From: a virus
Direction: 5' to 3' (one strand)
Length of the DNA: 64,000 nt
Virus record (IMG/VR): IMGVR_UViG_3300047160_009070
Coordinates: 31,320 to 95,319 of that record
Shown one piece after another: positions 29,494 through 38,972 of the stretch (position 1 is the stretch's first letter; every line of letters starts with the position of its first letter). Both the position numbers and the translations under genes were made by a program. The notes beneath the pieces were generated by a model. It saw nothing but the letters and a program-made list of their open reading frames with translations. It was not told the DNA's origin and did no database searches.

Positions 29494-29957
29494 GCTCCAC
29501 CCGCCATGGCGTGTCCGGCAAGTGGGACGGCCTCATCGAGGAGCGCGACCGGCTGAAGGACCAGGTGCAGGGCCTGAGCGATCATGTCGAGCGTCTGGTG
29601 GAGGAGTGCGACAGGCTGCTGGACGCCAAGGAGCTTCAGCTGCACGAGCTACGCGACCTGCTTCGGGACCAGCCGAACGAGGCTTGGGCGACTGTTTCGG
29701 GGACGGTGGAGGTCGCTCAGCGTCGTGTGGAGGAGGCCGAGGCCCGCGCCGACATCCGGCCTGACAGCGACGAGCAGGAGGCGCTCGACGCTTTGCAGAG
29801 CTACATGGCGGTGGTGGTGCACCGCTGGAAGCTCCGCGCCAACCAGGGCGAGTTGCTCGCCGCTGTTCACACTCTGCAGGGCGCTGTCCAGCAGCACCTG
29901 CTTCACCGGATCGCCCCGAACAATTGGGCTAGCTGGTGGCAGGAAAGTTCACCATGA
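29490..29957 (+). CDS. Coiled-coil hypothetical protein
   Basis: GTGA-coupled; heptad-rich. Confidence 0.55.
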   Translation: MSSTRHGVSGKWDGLIEERDRLKDQVQGLSDHVERLVEECDRLLDAKELQLHELRDLLRDQPNEAWATVSGTVEVAQRRVEEAEARADIRPDSDEQEALDALQSYMAVVVHRWKLRANQGELLAAVHTLQGAVQQHLLHRIAPNNWASWWQESSP

Positions 29958-29991
29958 GCGATCCGTTGAGGCGGAGAAGGGACGGAATCTG

Positions 29992-30793
29992 ATGCGATTC
30001 GTGGACCGACCGGGGCCTGCTAGACCGAACATTCTGATCTACGGGCCCCCGTAAGGAACCAAAGGTGGGTAAGACGGCGGGTGCGTGCTCGTCGGGTTTG
30101 GGAACGATCCTGTTCAACCTCGATCTCCCGAACGCGACCCGTTATGCCCGTTCCAAGAAACGCGATCCGGACGGCAGGGTGATGGAGGTCGAGTTGCCGC
30201 CGTTCGAGGAACGCAAACTCCCGGTCTTCGATCTGATGGGCGAGATCTCCCGGTCGGTCGCCGATCCGCGCCAGGAGGTGGCGGAGGTGGTGGTCACCGA
30301 CCCGATGGGCGAGCTTTACCGGCGTCTGCTGGAGGAGGTGTCGAACCGGTCGATCCATCCGACGTTCGATCACCGGCTGTGGGTGACCACCCAGATCGAG
30401 CGTTACTGCCGGTTCCTGTGCGAGCTGCCGACCATTTCGGCGATCTTCGTGTGCCACGAGCTTCCGGTGAAGGACGAGTCGACCGAGTCGTTCGAGCGGT
30501 TGCCGTTCACCGGCACCACCAACATCAATCTCGGCGCCAAGTTGATGTCGATGGTGGATGTGATCGCCTACGCCGGCGTGTCGGTGCAGGAGAACGGCGC
30601 GAAGGAGTACGGTGCCCAGTTGATCATCGACCAAGGGCGCCGCGGCGGGGACCGGTTCGATTGTCTGGGGGACTATCGCCCGCTGGATTTGAAGGACTGG
30701 TTCGCGGCGATCGCTGGGGCGGAGGTTGCCGATCTCAGCGCTGAGACCAGTAGCGAGGAGCCTGCCGGGAAGCCGGTGGCGGAGGCGGCGTGA
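29992..30793 (+). CDS. AAA_24/Sak4-like ATPase interrupted by a 10-nt stop-containing gap (30052-30061) inside Walker A
   Basis: MRFVDRPGPARPNILIYGPP* then, in the +1 frame, KVGKTAGACS...VVVTDP...IFVCHE...MVDVIAY; joining gives GPPKVGKT. Confidence 0.8.
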
Positions 30794-31101
30794 CGACCAC
30801 CGAGACATACAGCACCATCCACCGGGCGTTGACGGACACCGCGCTGCTGCACGGCCTGACGCGAACGGAGATGCGGGTGGTGGTCGCGCTCGCGGACCGT
30901 GGCGGCAGGTCCCGTACCGACGAGATCACCGCCGACTTGTGTTTGGGCAGCGGGTCCGCTGTCCGGCGTGCGATCGCCGAGCTCCGCAGACGCGGCCAGG
31001 TCGCGCCCGCCCGCACCGAGCTGAAGCTGTCCGCCGCCGGCCGGACGGCTCACCGGGCGTTCGTCCGGTCGTTGAAGGGAGCGCGTCATGGCGTTGTCTG
31101 A
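30790..31101 (+). CDS. Winged-helix DNA-binding protein
   Basis: LTRTEMRVVVAL...SAVRRAIAELRRRGQV...LSAAG. Confidence 0.6.
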   Translation: MTTTETYSTIHRALTDTALLHGLTRTEMRVVVALADRGGRSRTDEITADLCLGSGSAVRRAIAELRRRGQVAPARTELKLSAAGRTAHRAFVRSLKGARHGVV

Positions 31102-31239
31102 GAGCGGTCTGCGTGCCGGCGGCGTGATCGTCGGCCACATCTACACCGACCGTGGCCGCAAGTTCACGGTTAAGCCCAAGACGGTGAGGGCGTACCGCGC
31201 CTCGAGCCGCCGCTGGAGCCCGCCGAAGGGACGCAGACG

Positions 31240-31446
31240 GTGAGTGTGCTGATCGGCATCCAGATCGATGTGAGCGACACGATGATCGGCCAGGCGCTGG
31301 TGCGTGTCTCGAACCAGGAGACGGTGCAGCAGATCGGCCCTCTGGTCGATCCCGGCCTGGTGACGAGCGCGATCGAGCGGCTTGTCGAGGACGTCAGGTC
31401 TCGCGCCACGGAGCAGGCGGAGCAGTGCTTCCGGCGCATCCCATAA
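31240..31446 (+). CDS. Hypothetical protein
   Basis: GTGA-coupled to a 51-aa basic ORF at 31088..31243. Confidence 0.5.
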   Translation: MSVLIGIQIDVSDTMIGQALVRVSNQETVQQIGPLVDPGLVTSAIERLVEDVRSRATEQAEQCFRRIP

Positions 31447-31469
31447 CTATCTAGGAAAGGAACTGTCTG

Positions 31470-31970
31470 ATGTCAGCGTTTGATTACGGGACCGCCGAGT
31501 CCTGGGATACGTCCACCGAGACTCTGTTGCCGGTCGGCAACTTTGTGGCGGAGATCGTGATGGCCGAGCCCGGTCACACGAAGGGCAGCATGGGCCGTGA
31601 AGCGAAGCCGCAACTCGAGATCAAGGTCCAGAACGACCGGGGTTCCCGGAAGGACTGGATTGTGATCACCCCGAACACGCAGGGCAAGGTGGTGCAGGTG
31701 TTCGATGCGTCCGGGACGGAGCGTCCGAAGCAGGGCGAGTTCGATCCGTCGACGGGCGAGTTGACGGAGGAGGCGTGCGCCCGGTTGCGCGGCAAGAAGG
31801 TGGGTGTGGTGATCCGCGACGAGCAGTCGTTGAAGGATCCGACGCGCATGGAGCCTCGCATCCAGGGCTATGTGCAGCCTGACCGGATCACGGAGGACGT
31901 GCCGATCGACACCGCCGGACTGCCTCCCGCGAACGGGCCGCAGTCCGCCGATTCGAAGATTCCCTTCTAG
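31470..31970 (+). CDS. DUF669-like single-stranded DNA-binding protein
   Basis: LLPVGNFVAEIV.AE..., C-terminal DSKIPF tail; adjacent to the Sak4-like gene. Confidence 0.7.
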   Translation: MSAFDYGTAESWDTSTETLLPVGNFVAEIVMAEPGHTKGSMGREAKPQLEIKVQNDRGSRKDWIVITPNTQGKVVQVFDASGTERPKQGEFDPSTGELTEEACARLRGKKVGVVIRDEQSLKDPTRMEPRIQGYVQPDRITEDVPIDTAGLPPANGPQSADSKIPF

Positions 31971-31972
31971 CG

Positions 31973-32749
31973 ATGGCGGTCGTGTCGCAGGCCCGCGAGC
32001 TCTCCCCCGAGGAGCAGCAGGAACGAGCGGCGTACTGCTTTGCCCTGAACGAGCAGATCAAGCAGGCGCTGTTCCTCGGCCGTCAGGCGCTGTGGGAGCT
32101 TGCTAAGGGGTTGTACGAGTTCCATCGCCAGAACGGCTGGTCGGCGCTGGATTACGAGTCGATGAACGAGTGGCTCGCGGACCCGGAGATCAGCATTTCC
32201 CGCGCCCAGTTCACCCGGATCGTCCGGCGCTACGAGAGCTTTGTGGTGCGCAAGGCGCTGCCGGTTTCCCGCGATGAGCTTCCGGAGGAGAAGGCGAACG
32301 ATCCTGGGACGGTGGTGCTGTCCGAACTCGATCCTTCCAAGCTCGATGTGGTGGTGGGCGCGATCGATTCGGGGAGGGTGACGACGGAGGACGCGCTGGG
32401 TGATGTGCAGGCGCTCGGCTGGCGCGATCTCCGCGAGAAGTACTGGGGGTCGAAGGAGGAGAAGCCGCCGGTTGAGCCGGAGCCCGAGCCTGTCCTGGCT
32501 GCGGGAGGGAAGGAGATGGCGGTGGCTGCTGCGATGGTGGATTCGTGGCTGTCGCTGGGCGGCGATCGCCGTAAGGCGCAGCGCCATTTCGCGAAGCTCG
32601 TTCGTTTGCACCCGTTCTTCACCGCGTTGGCGGAGGTGCAGGCTTGTCTTGCGGGCGAGGAGGGCGCTCCGGTCCGGGCGGAGGTCGGCGCGAATTGGCA
32701 GCTGGTTGTGGCCACGCTCGGCCTTGAGTTCGCTGATGCCGAGGACTAA
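31973..32749 (+). CDS. Hypothetical protein
   Basis: 258-aa ORF, W..L.YESMNEWL pattern. Confidence 0.6.
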   Translation: MAVVSQARELSPEEQQERAAYCFALNEQIKQALFLGRQALWELAKGLYEFHRQNGWSALDYESMNEWLADPEISISRAQFTRIVRRYESFVVRKALPVSRDELPEEKANDPGTVVLSELDPSKLDVVVGAIDSGRVTTEDALGDVQALGWRDLREKYWGSKEEKPPVEPEPEPVLAAGGKEMAVAAAMVDSWLSLGGDRRKAQRHFAKLVRLHPFFTALAEVQACLAGEEGAPVRAEVGANWQLVVATLGLEFADAED

Positions 32750-32788
32750 CCGGACCACTTTCCCTCTGAGTGGGTTTTTGGTCCGGTT
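32748..32788 (+). promoter_or_regulatory. Intergenic stem-loop
   Basis: AACCGGACCA/TGGTCCGGTT 10-bp stem with a 21-nt loop. Confidence 0.5.
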
Positions 32789-32823
32789 CGGTTTCGGTGC
32801 ACCGATTGTTGAGAGGGGTCGTG

Positions 32824-33216
32824 ATGTCTGAGAGGGATTCCCACAAGTTCCAGTTCACCGCCAGCCAGATTGCTTTCGCCGCTCGCCGCGAGGCCGAATA
32901 TCACGGCGAGCGTTTGAAGCATTGGCTGGACCGCGAGTCGGCTGCGCTTGAGAAAACGCGGGGTGGGCTGAGCGCCAGGATCGTCGAGCAGCAGATCACC
33001 GGCGGCGTCACGTACACCACCGTCGTCGATTTCGGCGACCCGGAGGCATGGAAGGAGCTTCAACTTGCCTGCCAGAAGGTGCAGGCGCACCGTCGCGACA
33101 TGGACCGTTTCACGAGCGACGCGACGTTGTACGGGACGCAGGCCGACCGGGTGTACATGCTGGATACCGATGACGTGTACCACTACCGTCTCGCCGGCCA
33201 GGGCCGAGAGGACTGA
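32824..33216 (+). CDS. Hypothetical protein
   Basis: RBS GAGGGG; MSERDSHKFQF... Confidence 0.55.
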   Translation: MSERDSHKFQFTASQIAFAARREAEYHGERLKHWLDRESAALEKTRGGLSARIVEQQITGGVTYTTVVDFGDPEAWKELQLACQKVQAHRRDMDRFTSDATLYGTQADRVYMLDTDDVYHYRLAGQGRED

Positions 33217-34595
33217 TGGCCGGTCTCGCGAACGAGTCTTGGCTGGATGCGCTGGTGAGAGCCGGGGTGACGAGCCCGGAGGGTGAGCCGCTCGTCGCCG
33301 GCGCGGTGTGGGAGTTCATCCAGAGCCAGCACCGGCTGCTTGAGGAGCAACGGTTCGAGAACGAGACTTTGAAGGACGAGGGCGCGAAGAAGGCTGTCGC
33401 GATCCGGCGGTTGAAGAAGGAGGCGGACGCCCAGCTGCGCCACAGCGTCCACTATCCGGCTGCTCTCCGGGTCCTCGAGTTCTGGCGCGACCATTGCCAC
33501 CCAGGCGCGGTCGAGTTGGGCGGCGAACGGTTGAAGAAGGTGATCGCCCGTCTCACACCAACCCCCGAGTCGAAGGGCTATTCGGTGGAGCAGCTCGAGC
33601 GGTGCGTCGCCGGCTATGAGGCGTTCCCGTATGTGGTGGACGGACGCCGGTTGCCGCAGGGGACACCGGCTCGCCGGTTCATCGACGCCGAGCTGGTGTT
33701 CCGCGACCCGAAGCATGTGGACGCCGGGATTGCTTTGGCGGACGAGGCGGACCGTCGCCGCGAGGTGATGCCGGTGGTGCCGACACCGGACGATGGTGTG
33801 CGCCTGTCCGAGTTGGGGGAGGCGGCGCTGAAGTACGCGAATTTCGGCTGGTGGGTGTTCCCGGTCGCTGTCCGTGCGAAGACGCCCGTCACCCCGCATG
33901 GGCTGCATGACGCGAGCCGTGAGACCGACAAGATCATCCGGTTCTGGCGCGAGCACCCGGACCACAATGTGGCGGTGCAGTGCGGCGTGAACTCCGACAT
34001 GTTCGTGCTGGATGTCGACGGCGACGCCGGCTATGAGAGCCTGCTGGATTTGGAGAAGGCGAACGGCGAGCTCCCGAAAACATTGAGTGTGAAAACGCCG
34101 TCGGGTGGGTGCCACTACTACTTCCGCCATCCGGGCGGTCAGATCCACAACACCGCCGGCTTCCCGGGGTGCGGCCTGGATATTCGCGGGGACGGCGGGT
34201 ATGTGCTGGTGCCCCCGTCGATCGGCCCGGACGGGAACCGCTACGAGGTGGATGAGCGTGTCGAGATCGATTTGCCGCCGGCGTGGCTGGTGGACAAGCT
34301 GCAGAGGCATCAGACGACGATGGCGTCGATGAGCACGGCGGAGTGGGTGGACACGATCATGCGCGACGTGCCGGAGGGGGGCCGTAATGATGCGTTGGCG
34401 TCGATCACCGGCAAGTTTTTGTCGTTGGGGAACCCGCCGGACTATGTGTATTCGATGGTGTGGGCGCAGAATCTTGCGCATTGCCGCCCGGCGCTGGTCG
34501 CCAGGGAGGTCAAGACGATCGTCGACAGCATCATTCGCCGTGACCAGCGGGGGCGTAAGCGCCAGCAGAAGTTGACGTTGGAGGGGGCTGCGTGA
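33216..34595 (+). CDS. Bifunctional primase-polymerase (Prim-Pol) with PriCT-like C-terminus and N-terminal extension
   Basis: GWWVFPV...KTP...HGLHDAS, FVLDVD, KTPSGGCHYYF, LDIRGDGGYVLVPPS, EGGRNDAL. Confidence 0.85.
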   Translation: MAGLANESWLDALVRAGVTSPEGEPLVAGAVWEFIQSQHRLLEEQRFENETLKDEGAKKAVAIRRLKKEADAQLRHSVHYPAALRVLEFWRDHCHPGAVELGGERLKKVIARLTPTPESKGYSVEQLERCVAGYEAFPYVVDGRRLPQGTPARRFIDAELVFRDPKHVDAGIALADEADRRREVMPVVPTPDDGVRLSELGEAALKYANFGWWVFPVAVRAKTPVTPHGLHDASRETDKIIRFWREHPDHNVAVQCGVNSDMFVLDVDGDAGYESLLDLEKANGELPKTLSVKTPSGGCHYYFRHPGGQIHNTAGFPGCGLDIRGDGGYVLVPPSIGPDGNRYEVDERVEIDLPPAWLVDKLQRHQTTMASMSTAEWVDTIMRDVPEGGRNDALASITGKFLSLGNPPDYVYSMVWAQNLAHCRPALVAREVKTIVDSIIRRDQRGRKRQQKLTLEGAA

Positions 34596-36250
34596 GCTCG
34601 CAGGTTTTGCAGGGCGACGCGCTTGAGGTGCTGCGCACCCTGCCGGCAGGCTCGGTTCAGTGCTGCGCGACGAGCCCTCCTTACTACGGCCTTCGGGATT
34701 ATGGGACGGGCGAGTGGTCGGGCGGCGATCCCGCCTGCGATCATGTCGTCCCTCGCGGCAACTCTCCTTTGAACAAGGATTTCAACGCCCGCTGGGGGTT
34801 CGGCGGCGGGGAGCGCAAGCAGGAGAACGCCAGGGAGCAGCGCTACCGCGGCCGGTGCGAGCGTTGCGGCGCTGTCCGCACCGACCGCCAGCTGGGGCTC
34901 GAGGACACGCCGGAGGAGTATGTCGAGCGTCTGGTGGAGATCTTCGGCGAGGTGCGCCGGGTGTTGCGGGACGACGGCACGCTCTGGTTGAACTTGGGCG
35001 ACAGCTACGCTGCGTCACCGCGCGGCAATGTGGCGGGCGATTTCTCTACGTCGTCGCTGACGAACGCTAAGCGTCAGGACGAGATGCAACGAGCGGGCAT
35101 CGACAAATCGCGCCTGCGGGGCGTTAAGCCGAAAGACCTGCTGATGATCCCGGCGTCTGTCGCTCTGGCGCTGCGTCAGCCGTACTACATGGGCACGATC
35201 CGAGACGAGCGCGATCGGATCTGGCTCGCGGCGATGATTGATGCCGAGGGCTGCATGTTCATCCACAAACGCGGCGTCGGGCAGCACAACGGCCAGGGCT
35301 ACTACCGCAAGAACGCAACCTATGGCGCGGGCATTGAAATCAGCAGCACCGACGTTTCGATCGTTGAGAACGTCGCGCGCATTACCGGACGTGGCTCCAT
35401 TTGCTCACAGTCGCCAGAGCAGAACGAGCGGCGCAAACAAACGATTTATCGCTGGAACCTGCGGACCAACGAGTGTCGCGAAGTTATCCGCGAGGTCTAC
35501 CCGTACCTCGTTGCCAAACAGCACGAAGCGCGGCTGGTGCTCGGTTGTCCGTCGTCAGGCGTGGAGGCGGCACGCGCCCACGAATCTCTGAAAGCCATCC
35601 ATCAGGGCGGAACGCCCGACATTGATTTCGCTGCGCCGGAACCGATGTTCCAAAGGGGGTGGTACCTACGCTCCGATGTTATCTGGAGCAAAAAAGCGAA
35701 CCCGATGCCGGAGTCGGTGAGCGACCGGCCGACGTCGGCGCATGAGCATGTGTTCCTGCTCGCGAAGAACGCCCGGTATTTCTATGACGCTGAGGCGATT
35801 CGAGAATCCGCGACCGACGTCGGGCGAGAAAACGGGCGCGATGGACGCGTCGAAAATGAGGGCGCGAGGCCTCCGGGTAGCAATCCTCGAACGTTGGCGC
35901 GGCTGGATTACAGCGCACTCGGCCGCAACAAGCGCAACGTGTGGGAGATCGCGACCCAGGCGTACCCGGACGCCCATTTCGCGACGTTCCCGACCAGGCT
36001 GGTGGAGCCGATGGTGCTGGCCAGCAGCTCGCCGGGGGATGTGGTGCTCGATCCGTTCGCGGGCTCGGGGACGGTCGGCGTTGTCTGCGAATGGCTGGGC
36101 CGCGACTTCGTGGGTGTCGAGTTGAACCCCGAGTATTGCGAGATGGCGCGCCGGCGGATCGAGGTTGAGGGAAGGCTGGGGCGCGCTCCGTATCGTCCTG
36201 TCCAGATGGACGGTCAACTCGAGATGTTCGGAGGGAGACGGCATGACTGA
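34592..36250 (+). CDS. Beta-class N4-C/N6-A DNA methyltransferase with an in-frame LAGLIDADG insertion
   Basis: TSPPY (motif IV) N-terminal, DPFAGSGT (motif I) C-terminal, GWYLRSDVIW, HFATFP. Confidence 0.9.
   Translation: MSSQVLQGDALEVLRTLPAGSVQCCATSPPYYGLRDYGTGEWSGGDPACDHVVPRGNSPLNKDFNARWGFGGGERKQENAREQRYRGRCERCGAVRTDRQLGLEDTPEEYVERLVEIFGEVRRVLRDDGTLWLNLGDSYAASPRGNVAGDFSTSSLTNAKRQDEMQRAGIDKSRLRGVKPKDLLMIPASVALALRQPYYMGTIRDERDRIWLAAMIDAEGCMFIHKRGVGQHNGQGYYRKNATYGAGIEISSTDVSIVENVARITGRGSICSQSPEQNERRKQTIYRWNLRTNECREVIREVYPYLVAKQHEARLVLGCPSSGVEAARAHESLKAIHQGGTPDIDFAAPEPMFQRGWYLRSDVIWSKKANPMPESVSDRPTSAHEHVFLLAKNARYFYDAEAIRESATDVGRENGRDGRVENEGARPPGSNPRTLARLDYSALGRNKRNVWEIATQAYPDAHFATFPTRLVEPMVLASSSPGDVVLDPFAGSGTVGVVCEWLGRDFVGVELNPEYCEMARRRIEVEGRLGRAPYRPVQMDGQLEMFGGRRHD
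35180..35653 (+). mobile_element. LAGLIDADG homing-endonuclease-like insertion lacking intein motifs
   Basis: WLAAMIDAEGC...YRWNL...EVYPYLVAK interrupts the MTase segment ALALRQ/GWYLRSD; visibly more A-rich codons. Confidence 0.7.
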
Positions 36251-36674
36251 TCTGGCGAGCCTTGACGCGTACGAGTTGCGGTTCAAGGAGAACTGCAGGG
36301 TGACCGGCTACCAAGAGGACTCGGTGGTGCATTTCCCGTGCCCGTTCTGCGCCGCCCGCGACTGGTGGGTGACGCCGGCGGTGGAGATCGGCCTGCACCG
36401 GATGGAGCCGCATTATTGTGTGGGGTGCGACCGGGCGTCGTATCTCGTGTTCCCGGACGAGGATGGCCGGCGTACAGCGGTGCTGGTGCAGTCCTCGGGC
36501 CCTGCGCCCCCGGAGTGGATGCCGGTCATTCCCCCGTCGGATGCTGCGGCGGCTGTGATGGCGGTGTCAGCCGGCCGTCTCGAGATGCCCGGCAAAAAAC
36601 GCCCACGGCTTCGTACCCCGCCGAAGACGGTGACACCGAAGAAGAACAAGCTTGCGAAGAGGAGACCTGCATGA
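36243..36674 (+). CDS. Zn-ribbon hypothetical protein
   Basis: CPFC...CVGC; basic C-terminus. Confidence 0.5.
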   Translation: MTDLASLDAYELRFKENCRVTGYQEDSVVHFPCPFCAARDWWVTPAVEIGLHRMEPHYCVGCDRASYLVFPDEDGRRTAVLVQSSGPAPPEWMPVIPPSDAAAAVMAVSAGRLEMPGKKRPRLRTPPKTVTPKKNKLAKRRPA

Positions 36675-37618
36675 GCCGTATCCTGATCACCGGCGGCGCG
36701 GGCTTCCTGGGGTCCGCGCTCGCCCGCCATCTGGTTGAGACAGGCGGCCATGAGGTGGGGGTGTTCGACGACTTTTCACGCGGGCGGCGCCACCGGCTTC
36801 CCGGCAGCTGCAACATTTTCGAGGGGGACATCCGGGACCGCGAGGCCGTGATGTGCGCGGTGTTCGACCATGACGTGATCCTGCATCTGGCGTATGTGCA
36901 GGGCACCCAGACGTTCTATGAGGATCCGCGCTACGTGATCGATGTGGCGTTGAACGGGATCGTGAACGTGCTGCATGGGTGCGAGATGGCGCTGTCCCGC
37001 AAGGAGTTGTTTTTGGTGTCGTCGAGCGAGGTGTACCAGGTGCCTCCGGAGGGGATGGTCCCGACCGGCGAGACGGTGCCTTTGTCGGTGCCGGATGTCA
37101 CGAACCCGCGGTACAGCTACGGCGCCGGCAAGATCGCCTCCGAGGTCGCTGCGTTGGCGTACAGCAACGTGCTCGCCAGGACGGTGATCGTCCGTCCGCA
37201 CAACCTGTACGGCCCGGACGCCGGCCATGAGCATGTGATTCCGCAGCTGGCGGTGAAGGCGCAGCAGCCCGACGACGAGTTGTTGATTCAGGGCAGCGGG
37301 TTCGAGACCCGCAGTTTCTGCCATGTCGACGATTGCGCCACGGCGTTCGGGGTGTTGCTGGAGTCCGGCGAGGATCGTGGTGTGTATCACGTCGGCAATC
37401 CGGAGGAGGTGACGATCCACCAGTTGGCGACGATGATCCTGGAGTATTACGGGCGCCGGATGCGGATCGTCCCGTCCGAGCTCCCGAAGGGGTCCCCGGC
37501 GCGCCGTTGCCCTGACATCTCCCGGATGCTGGAGTTGGGCTGGAGGCCGTGTGTGTCTTTGGCGGACGGGTTGCCGGACACGCTGGCTTGGTATGACCGT
37601 AACCGGGTGCCGGCATGA
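36671..37618 (+). CDS. NAD-dependent nucleotide-sugar epimerase/dehydratase (extended SDR)
   Basis: ILITGGAGFLG, SSSEVY, YGAGK (YxxxK), RPHNLYGP, ETRSFCHVDD. Confidence 0.9.
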   Translation: MSRILITGGAGFLGSALARHLVETGGHEVGVFDDFSRGRRHRLPGSCNIFEGDIRDREAVMCAVFDHDVILHLAYVQGTQTFYEDPRYVIDVALNGIVNVLHGCEMALSRKELFLVSSSEVYQVPPEGMVPTGETVPLSVPDVTNPRYSYGAGKIASEVAALAYSNVLARTVIVRPHNLYGPDAGHEHVIPQLAVKAQQPDDELLIQGSGFETRSFCHVDDCATAFGVLLESGEDRGVYHVGNPEEVTIHQLATMILEYYGRRMRIVPSELPKGSPARRCPDISRMLELGWRPCVSLADGLPDTLAWYDRNRVPA

Positions 37619-37752
37619 CGAGCGATTCGAGCAGGCGCGTGTGCTACGGGTTGTGTGTGGTGCTGGTGGCGTGGTCGCTGGCGTGGGGGCGCTGGTGGGG
37701 TGTGCTGGTGGCCGGCTGGCTGGCTTTCATGGTTTGGAGGCTCGCTCGATGA
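37615..37752 (+). CDS. Small Trp-rich membrane peptide (45 aa)
   Basis: MTSDSSRRVCYGLCVVLVAWSLAWGRWWGVLVAGWLAFMVWRLAR; ATGA overlaps at both ends. Confidence 0.5.
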   Translation: MTSDSSRRVCYGLCVVLVAWSLAWGRWWGVLVAGWLAFMVWRLAR

Positions 37753-38972
37753 TCGACCTGGTGGAGAGGTGTGTGTGCTGCGGCGACTGGCCGCTTGAGA
37801 TGGTGCTGGATCTCGGTTTCAGCCCGCCGTCCTGTTCGATGCAGAGGATCGACTGCATCCCGGGCGAGGAGATGTTCTACCCGCTGGTGTTGCTGCGCTG
37901 CGGCGAGTGTTCGCTGGTGCAGCTGTCTTGTGCTGTCGATCCGCACCGGGTGTTTCATGTCGACTACCCGTATTCGTCGGGCAACAGCCCGCAGCTCCGC
38001 GATCATTTCGGCGAGTTGGCGCGCACCATCACCGAGGGTGCGAATCCTCCCGGCGCCGACGATGTGGTGGTGGACATCGGCGCGAACGACGGCACCCTGA
38101 TCAACAATTTCAAGGACTGCCGGACGGTGGCGGTCGAGCCGACCAACCAGATTCTGCGTTGCGAGGCGGACCGCAACATCCAAGCGTTCTTCAACGAGGA
38201 GATCGCACGTTCGATCGTGGCGCAGGACGGCCGGGTGAGCTTGGTGCTTGCCTGCAACGTGCTGGCGCACGTCAAGGACATTCACGGGGTACTGGACGGC
38301 ATCCGGGTGCTGCTAGGCGACTCGGGTGTGCTGGTCGCCGAGAACCATGATCTGTCGAGCATCGTGGACGGCGGCCAGTGGGACACCGTGTATCACGAGC
38401 ATTTGCGCTACTACGACCCGTTCTCGTTCGCCGAGCTCCTCGCCCCGCATGGCCTGTTCGTGTGGCGCTGCCATCCGGTCGACACGCACGGCGGTTCGTT
38501 CCGTGCGTACGTGTCCACGTCCGAGTCGGGTTCGAGGAGCATGCCGCAGCGCGACTATGACTGGCAGGGTTTGCGTGCGAGAGCTTCGCACGCCCGGGCT
38601 CATCTCCGTTCGGCTGTCTCGAGCCGGCGCGCCGGCGGCGAGCGGGTGGTGGGTGTAGGCGCGACCGCCAGGGCGTCCACGATCATCGGGTATTGCGGCC
38701 TGTCGCGCGAGGACTTGGACTGTGTGTACGAGGTGCCGGGCTCGGGCAAGATCGAGCATTACATGCCGGGCACGCTGATTCCGGTGTGGAACGAGAACAA
38801 CCTGTTTTTCGAGCCGCATCAGCCTGACGCAGCGCTGCTGTTCTCGTGGCATCTGAAGGACCGGATCGTCCCGAAGCTCCGCGAGCGTGGCTATGCCGGC
38901 GACATCATCGTGCCGTTGCCGGAACTCGAGAACCTCCGGCTTCCGTTGTCTGACGTGAGGAGGGTTTCATGA
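37749..38972 (+). CDS. NDP-hexose C3-methyltransferase (Zn-binding, class I SAM)
   Basis: CVCCG...LDLG...CGECSLVQL, DIGANDGTL, NVLAHV, DTVYHEHLRYY, HGGSFR, GATAR. Confidence 0.85.
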   Translation: MIDLVERCVCCGDWPLEMVLDLGFSPPSCSMQRIDCIPGEEMFYPLVLLRCGECSLVQLSCAVDPHRVFHVDYPYSSGNSPQLRDHFGELARTITEGANPPGADDVVVDIGANDGTLINNFKDCRTVAVEPTNQILRCEADRNIQAFFNEEIARSIVAQDGRVSLVLACNVLAHVKDIHGVLDGIRVLLGDSGVLVAENHDLSSIVDGGQWDTVYHEHLRYYDPFSFAELLAPHGLFVWRCHPVDTHGGSFRAYVSTSESGSRSMPQRDYDWQGLRARASHARAHLRSAVSSRRAGGERVVGVGATARASTIIGYCGLSREDLDCVYEVPGSGKIEHYMPGTLIPVWNENNLFFEPHQPDAALLFSWHLKDRIVPKLRERGYAGDIIVPLPELENLRLPLSDVRRVS

